A stretch of 64,000 nucleotides of DNA. It comes from Microthrixaceae bacterium (lineage in GTDB: Bacteria; Actinomycetota; Acidimicrobiia; Acidimicrobiales; Microtrichaceae). The DNA is taken from contig JACJWI010000009.1 of NCBI GenBank assembly GCA_020637215.1, positions 20,576-84,575 of the forward strand, in the 5' to 3' direction. Numbering within the stretch: position 1 is the first letter of the stretch; each line of letters begins with the position of its first letter. Shown piece by piece: positions 58,974-64,000 of this stretch. The notes beneath the pieces were generated by a model. That model had not been told where the DNA came from, did not search any database, and saw only the letters and a list, made by a program, of their open reading frames with translations. The translations under genes and the position numbers were made by a program.

Positions 58974-59770
58974 CCGGGGTCCTCTCCGTTGTCGTCGCCT
59001 CCCAGGACCTGGTCCGGGACGGAACGCTGCTGATCGCGCTGCCGATCGCCGTCCTGGCCGGCGTCGTGTCGTTCCTGTCGCCCTGCGTCCTGCCGTTGGT
59101 CCCCGCCTACCTGTCCTACGTGACCGGCGTGTCGGTGGCGGAGCTGAGCGAGGGTGGATCCTCGACCGACGTGCACACCATGCGGCGGGTCGTCATCGGA
59201 ACGCTCGGGTTCGTGGCCGGCACCGCCGTCGTGTTCGTCTCGTTCGGGGCCGCGTTCGGGAGCTTCGGCGACGCCCTGCAACGCCACGCCGTCGGGCTGA
59301 CCCAGATCCTCGGCGTCGTCACCATCTTCCTGGGGCTGCTCCTCGCCGGCGCGTTCAGCCGCAGCGACCTGCTGAACCGGGACCTGCGCATCCACCGGAT
59401 CCCGGGTCAGGGGCTGCTGGCTGCGCCGATCATCGGGCTCACCTTCGCCCTCGGCTGGACGCCGTGCATCGGACCGACCCTGGGCGTGGTGCTCGGGTTG
59501 TCGGCCTCGAGCGACCAGGCCTCGGCGTGGCGCGGCGCCGTCCTGTCGCTCGCCTACTGCCTGGGCCTGGGGATCCCGCTGCTGATCTCCGGTCTGGCGT
59601 TCAACCGGGCGATGACGGTGTTCGGCGTGATCAAGAACCACTACCGGGCGCTCATGGTCGGCAGCGGCGCGATGCTCGTCGTGCTCGGCGTGCTGCAGGT
59701 CACCGGCGTGTGGACCGAGTGGATGAATCGCCTGCAGACGTCGTTCGGCGGAAACTCCCTCCCGCTCTGA
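58970..59770 (+). CDS. ccdA: Cytochrome c biogenesis protein CcdA
   Basis: AGVVSFLSPCVLPLVPAYLSY, FALGWTPCIGP, AYCLGLGIP. Confidence 0.93.
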   Translation: MTGVLSVVVASQDLVRDGTLLIALPIAVLAGVVSFLSPCVLPLVPAYLSYVTGVSVAELSEGGSSTDVHTMRRVVIGTLGFVAGTAVVFVSFGAAFGSFGDALQRHAVGLTQILGVVTIFLGLLLAGAFSRSDLLNRDLRIHRIPGQGLLAAPIIGLTFALGWTPCIGPTLGVVLGLSASSDQASAWRGAVLSLAYCLGLGIPLLISGLAFNRAMTVFGVIKNHYRALMVGSGAMLVVLGVLQVTGVWTEWMNRLQTSFGGNSLPL

Positions 59771-59772
59771 GC

Positions 59773-59892
59773 GCCCCGGCGCCGCCGAACTCGTAGCCCA
59801 CACGCAACCCCAGCGACCGCTGGCTACAACAACGCCCGGCGCCGCCGAACTCGTAGCCCACACGCCACCCCAGCGACCGCTGGCTACAACAA
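59773..59892 (+). repeat. Repeat family B: two tandem 60-bp units (right of the Cu cassette)
   Basis: cgccgaactcgtagcccacacgcaaccccagcgaccgctggctacaacaacgccc..., same orientation as 56491-56610. Confidence 0.92.
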
Positions 59893-59919
59893 CGGCAGGG
59901 TGACGGCCGATGGCTCGGG

Positions 59920-61350
59920 TCAGGCGGCGGTTCCGCCGATCGTCAGCCCGTGGGCCCGCAGCGTGGGGACCCCGTCTCCGACGGGGACCCCCTGGCCGTC
60001 CTTGCCGCAGGTCCCCGGCGCGCCCATGGCGAAGTCGTCGCCGACCGCGTCGATGGCGGCCAGCACCGCCGGGCCGTTGCCGATCAGGTTGCCCTCGCGC
60101 AGCGGCTCGGTGATGCGACCGTCCTCGATCAGGTACGCCTCGGTCATGCCGAAGACGAAGTCGCCGGTCGCGGTGTTGACCTGACCGCCGCCGAGGTGCG
60201 CCACGTACACCCCCGACGGCGTGTCGGCGACGATGTCGTCGGGCGAGGACGTCCCGCCCAGCAGATACGTGTTGGTCATCCGCACCATCGGCAGGTGCTG
60301 GTAGCTCTGCCGCCGGCCGTTGCCGCTCGAGGACCGCCCCTCCTTGCGGGCCCGCAGCCCGTCCCACATGTAGTCGACGAGCAGGCCGTCCTGGATCAGC
60401 ACGTTGCGCTGCGCCGGCCGACCCTCGTCGTCGACGGCGAAGCACCCCCACTCGCCGCCCATCGTCCCGTCGTCGACCAGGGTGACCAGCGGCGACGCGA
60501 CCTGCTCGCCGAGCCGGCCGGCGAACACCGACGCACCCTTGCCGACCAGGTCGGCCTCGAGTCCGTGACCGCACGCCTCGTGGAACATCACGCCGCCACC
60601 GCCCGGGCCGATGACGACGGTCATCTCGCCCGATGGCGCCGGGCGCGCCGCCAGCTTGGTGAGCGCCCGCCGGGCCGCCCGCTCGGCCAGGTCCGCCACC
60701 TCGACGCCGTCGAACAGCTCGAAGCCGACCGTGTGGCCGACCGACTCGCGACCGGTCTGCATGCCGGTGTCGCCGCTGGCGACGCAGCTCACCGAGAAGA
60801 TCGTCCGGACCTGGTCGTCGGAGGCGAGCACGCCGTCGCTGTTGGCGACCAGGATCCGCCGGCGGCCATCCGCGTAGCGCGCCGACACCTGAGTGATCGC
60901 CCCGCCGGCGGCCCGGGCGGCCCCGTCCGCGGTCAGCAGCAGCTCCACCTTGCGGGCCTTGGGCACGTCGCCGGGGAGGATCGCCACAGCGTTGGGCGGC
61001 GGCGCGTCGACCCTGTCGAGGTCGACCACCCGGGTCGACCCGCCGGCTCCCCGCGACGCCGCGGCGGCGGCCTCGGCCGCGGCGATCAACCCGGCCTCCG
61101 ACAGGTCCGAGGTGTGGGCGAAACCGGTCGAGTCCCCGACCACGACCCGGATGCCGGCCCCGCGGTCGCGGCCCGATGTCAGCTCCTCGACCCGGCCGTC
61201 GTCGAGCAGGGCCGACGACGACCGACGGTCCTCGACGAACACCTCGGCGAAGTCCGCCCCCCGGGCGAGGCCCGCCCCGAGCACCCGTTCGACGACGGCC
61301 TGATCGAGCAGGGCCGGCTCGGAGCTGCGGTCGGTGGGGGCATCGGGCAC
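59920..61350 (-). CDS. tldD: TldD metalloprotease
   Basis: FHEACGHGLEAD, SGNGRRQSY...RMTNTY, GGQVNTATGDF, CGKDGQGVPVG; AAGGAG RBS before GTG. Confidence 0.95.
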   Translation of the reverse strand: MPDAPTDRSSEPALLDQAVVERVLGAGLARGADFAEVFVEDRRSSSALLDDGRVEELTSGRDRGAGIRVVVGDSTGFAHTSDLSEAGLIAAAEAAAAASRGAGGSTRVVDLDRVDAPPPNAVAILPGDVPKARKVELLLTADGAARAAGGAITQVSARYADGRRRILVANSDGVLASDDQVRTIFSVSCVASGDTGMQTGRESVGHTVGFELFDGVEVADLAERAARRALTKLAARPAPSGEMTVVIGPGGGGVMFHEACGHGLEADLVGKGASVFAGRLGEQVASPLVTLVDDGTMGGEWGCFAVDDEGRPAQRNVLIQDGLLVDYMWDGLRARKEGRSSSGNGRRQSYQHLPMVRMTNTYLLGGTSSPDDIVADTPSGVYVAHLGGGQVNTATGDFVFGMTEAYLIEDGRITEPLREGNLIGNGPAVLAAIDAVGDDFAMGAPGTCGKDGQGVPVGDGVPTLRAHGLTIGGTAA

Positions 61351-61522
61351 GGGGATCTCCTTGACGGCCAGAGGACGGTGCCGCGGCCCGGTCGACGGGT
61401 CCGCAGCGATCACGCAACGGACCCCGAGGAGCGGGGACGACGGCCACCAGCATGCCCCGGACCCGCCCACGGGACCGGCCGGAGCTTGGGGACCGCCCGG
61501 CGGGGTGCTTATCGTATCGGCC

Positions 61523-61900
61523 GTGTCGATCCGCACCGGGCTGTCCGCCGCCATCGATCTGACCGTGTCGGACGCCGACACCGCCATCGCCATGCGATCC
61601 GGTGAGGTCCCGGTGCTGGCCACCCCCCGCATCCTCGCGTTGGTCGAAGAGGCCACGGTGCGCGCCCTCGACGGCCACCTCGACGAGGGATCGTCCACCG
61701 TCGGGATGCGGGTCCAGCTCGAGCACATCTCCCCCACCGCCATCGGGGGTGTGGTGCGCGCCGAGGCCAACCTGGAGAAGGTCGAGGGCCGTCGGCTGCT
61801 GTTCCACGTCTCGGCCCGCGACGAGCGCGGCCTGGTGGCGGCCGGCAAGGTGACCCGGGTGGTCGTCGACGTCGACCGCTTCATGGAGAAGGCCCACTGA
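61523..61900 (+). CDS. Hotdog-fold thioesterase (FlK-like)
   Basis: VPVLATPRILALVEEA, STVG...LEHISPT, AAGKVTRVVV. Start approximate. Confidence 0.88.
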   Translation: MSIRTGLSAAIDLTVSDADTAIAMRSGEVPVLATPRILALVEEATVRALDGHLDEGSSTVGMRVQLEHISPTAIGGVVRAEANLEKVEGRRLLFHVSARDERGLVAAGKVTRVVVDVDRFMEKAH

Positions 61901-61980
61901 CGATCCCCGGAGCGGCCCGACGACCCCTCCGGTAGCGTCGCGGTGCCCGTCCGCCGCCAGTCCATCACAGGAGGATCGCC

Positions 61981-62538
61981 ATGGAACCCACCGCCCTCGC
62001 CCAGGCCCAGGACATCGCCGCCGGGCTGCTCGCCCAGGTCGGCGCCGACCAGCTGCAGGCACCCACGCCGTGCGCCGAGTGGAACGTCGGCCAGCTCATC
62101 GATCACATGGTCGGCACCCAGAACTGGGCTCGGGCAGCCATCGACGGCGTCGAGCTCACCGACACCGGCGACGGCGCGTCGGCCGACGACTTCCGCGCCC
62201 GGTACGCCGACGCCGCCGCGGCGTGCCTGGCCGCGTTCCAGGCCGACGGGGCCCTCGAACGCACCGTCGATCCCGGCTTCGGCGAGATGCCCGCCGCGGC
62301 GCTGCTCGGCATCGCCACCACCGACACGTTCACCCACGCCTGGGACCTGGCCACCGCGCTCGACCTGGACAACGACCTCGATCCCGAGCTGGCCGAGCTG
62401 CTGCTCGACAACGCCCACCGGGCGATCCCGCCGTCGTTCCGCACCGAGGACGGGTCGATCTTCAGGGCCGAGCAGGACGCACCCGCCGGGGCGAACGCCG
62501 CCACCCGACTCGCGGCGTACCTGGGCCGCACAGTCTGA
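61981..62538 (+). CDS. TIGR03086-type metal-binding protein (MDMPI-like)
   Basis: APTPCAEWNVGQLIDH, HAWDLATAL, RLAAYLGR. Confidence 0.88.
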   Translation: MEPTALAQAQDIAAGLLAQVGADQLQAPTPCAEWNVGQLIDHMVGTQNWARAAIDGVELTDTGDGASADDFRARYADAAAACLAAFQADGALERTVDPGFGEMPAAALLGIATTDTFTHAWDLATALDLDNDLDPELAELLLDNAHRAIPPSFRTEDGSIFRAEQDAPAGANAATRLAAYLGRTV

Positions 62539-62602
62539 CCGGGCCGCACCGTCTGACCGGGCTCCCGGACTGACCGGGCTCCCGGGCTCACCGGGGTCCG
62601 GC

Positions 62603-63553
62603 TCAGCGCGCCAGGAAGCCCGCCACCGCCGCGTACCAGGCCGACGGGTTCTCGAACTGGGGGCTGTGACCGGCATCGGGGATCACCGAGAGCCGGGCGT
62701 CGGAAATGACCTCGGCCATGCGTGCCGACACCGCCCGGAACGCCCTGTCCTGCTCGCCGACCACGACCAGCGTCGGCATGGGCAGCGACGCCAGCAGATC
62801 CATCCGGTCCGGGGTGGAGAGAAACTCCTCGACCATCGCGCACCACATGTCGCCCGAGCACGCGAGGAACTTCCCCGACTCCCACTCGGTCCACCCGGGC
62901 TGCTCGGCCAACCGCTGGTGCGCGGGGCTCTCCAACGGCTGGTCCCCCATCTGCAGCACCGCGGCGATGGCGGCGATCCCCTCGGAGCGGCACAGCTCGA
63001 CGCCGATCCGCATCAGCGCCGCGTTGTCCGGGTCCGCGCCGTGCTCGGACCCGTCGACGCCTCCGGTGGCGGTGTCCATCAGGACCAGCCGGTCGATCCG
63101 GGACCCATGGGCGAGCGCCACCTTCTGGGCGATCATCCCGCCCATCGAGTGACCCAGCAGGTCGAAGCGGTCCCAGCCGAGGACGTCGACCAGGCCGGAC
63201 AGGTCCGCGGCGAACCGGTCGAGGCCGTAGCTGGCCTCGCCGGGTGGGTGCGGCCCGGCGCCGTGGCCCCGCAGGTCGGGTGCGACGACCCAGTGGCCAG
63301 CCGCGGCCAGCGGCGCCACGACGTCACGGAAGTCCTCCTTGGCGCCGGTGAACCCGTGGACCAGCAGCAGCGGACGTCCACCCACGCCGGCTTCGGCGAC
63401 CGTGAGATCGATCGTGTCCGCCCCTCCACGTGCCGCCGGGTCGCCGGGGGTGAGCGGGACAGCCACCGGGCGGATGTCGGCCACCGACGCCAGGTCGGTC
63501 ATGAACCCGAGCGCGGGTGACGGGCGTCGGTCGTCGCGCTCGTCGATCGTCAT
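62603..63553 (-). CDS. Alpha/beta hydrolase
   Basis: LLVHGFTG, PDLRGHG, GHSMGG, GEQD, AGHSPQFENP. Confidence 0.92.
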   Translation of the reverse strand: MTIDERDDRRPSPALGFMTDLASVADIRPVAVPLTPGDPAARGGADTIDLTVAEAGVGGRPLLLVHGFTGAKEDFRDVVAPLAAAGHWVVAPDLRGHGAGPHPPGEASYGLDRFAADLSGLVDVLGWDRFDLLGHSMGGMIAQKVALAHGSRIDRLVLMDTATGGVDGSEHGADPDNAALMRIGVELCRSEGIAAIAAVLQMGDQPLESPAHQRLAEQPGWTEWESGKFLACSGDMWCAMVEEFLSTPDRMDLLASLPMPTLVVVGEQDRAFRAVSARMAEVISDARLSVIPDAGHSPQFENPSAWYAAVAGFLAR

Positions 63554-63642
63554 GGTCGACCTCCCGTGGTGGCGGTGGGACGGCCCTGCCGAGCGCGACC
63601 GTCGGTGCGGCGAGGGTACCCGCCGATAGCGTGGATCCGGTC

Positions 63643-64000
63643 ATGGAGCACACCGACCCCGCCGACGATCGCACCGCGGCGCTGGAGGAGATCGAACGCT
63701 CCGAGATCGGCGACCCCGACCGACCGCCCGAGGTCCCCCGCAACCACTGGTCCCGCATCGTCGCCCGGGTGGCGGTCAGCCTCGGGTTCCTGGGTCTGCT
63801 GTTCTGGCGACTGCCCGAGGTGCAGCTCGACGAGCTGTTCCCGAGCCCGACGCCCGCCACCTGGGTGTGGATCGCCGCCGCGGTGGGTGTGCACCTGGTG
63901 GCGTACCTGCTGCAGAACCTCCGGTGGTCCGCGGTGTCCGACACGCTCGGGATCCCGCTGGGCTTCCGTCGACTGCTCGGCCACCTGCTCGCCGGCGAGT
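63643..64000 (+). CDS. Lysylphosphatidylglycerol synthase TM / flippase-like protein (partial, runs off the right edge)
   Basis: RVAVSLGFLGLLFWRL...LQNLRWSAV pattern; ORF open to the window end. Confidence 0.65.
   Translation, partial: MEHTDPADDRTAALEEIERSEIGDPDRPPEVPRNHWSRIVARVAVSLGFLGLLFWRLPEVQLDELFPSPTPATWVWIAAAVGVHLVAYLLQNLRWSAVSDTLGIPLGFRRLLGHLLAGE

Noticed and set aside
56491-59892. 60-bp periodic repeats as a CRISPR array
   Set aside because: Only two units per locus, near-identical along their whole length with no unique spacers, and no cas genes.
62535-62600. Short tandem ctgaccgggc(t)cc repeats between convergent genes
   Set aside because: Three or four degenerate GC-rich units at one locus; most likely slippage or terminator sequence.

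Overview
High-GC actinobacterial DNA; gene content suggests Acidimicrobiia (inference). About 1-19180 is an integrative element whose left end lies outside the window and which abuts the 3' end of an initiator tRNA-Met (19180-19256, minus). It carries a Tad/Flp pilus operon headed by a sigma-70-like gene, an ABC-F gene with a short leader peptide and hairpins, a MobF relaxase-helicase with an internal double-HTH insertion, an excisionase, a nitrilase-domain gene plus MarR gene, a tyrosine integrase with a C-terminal extension, and a heavily frameshifted GTPase. A 12-bp repeat (consensus YCAACSGGATAS) recurs in tandem clusters along the element, including in frame inside the relaxase. The rest (19.4-64 kb) looks chromosomal: hydrolases, alkyl sulfatase, adenylate cyclase, CHAD protein, H+-PPase, DedA, UPF0182, a DivIVA/MuF-like fusion, PDZ-Lon protease, a Liv-type ABC transporter, mreB, moaE, and tldD with two pmbA. 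Two intergenic repeat families are present. One, a 60-bp doublet, brackets a five-gene copper/cytochrome c maturation cassette lying between tldD and pmbA. All family assignments come from motif recognition by eye; no searches were run.
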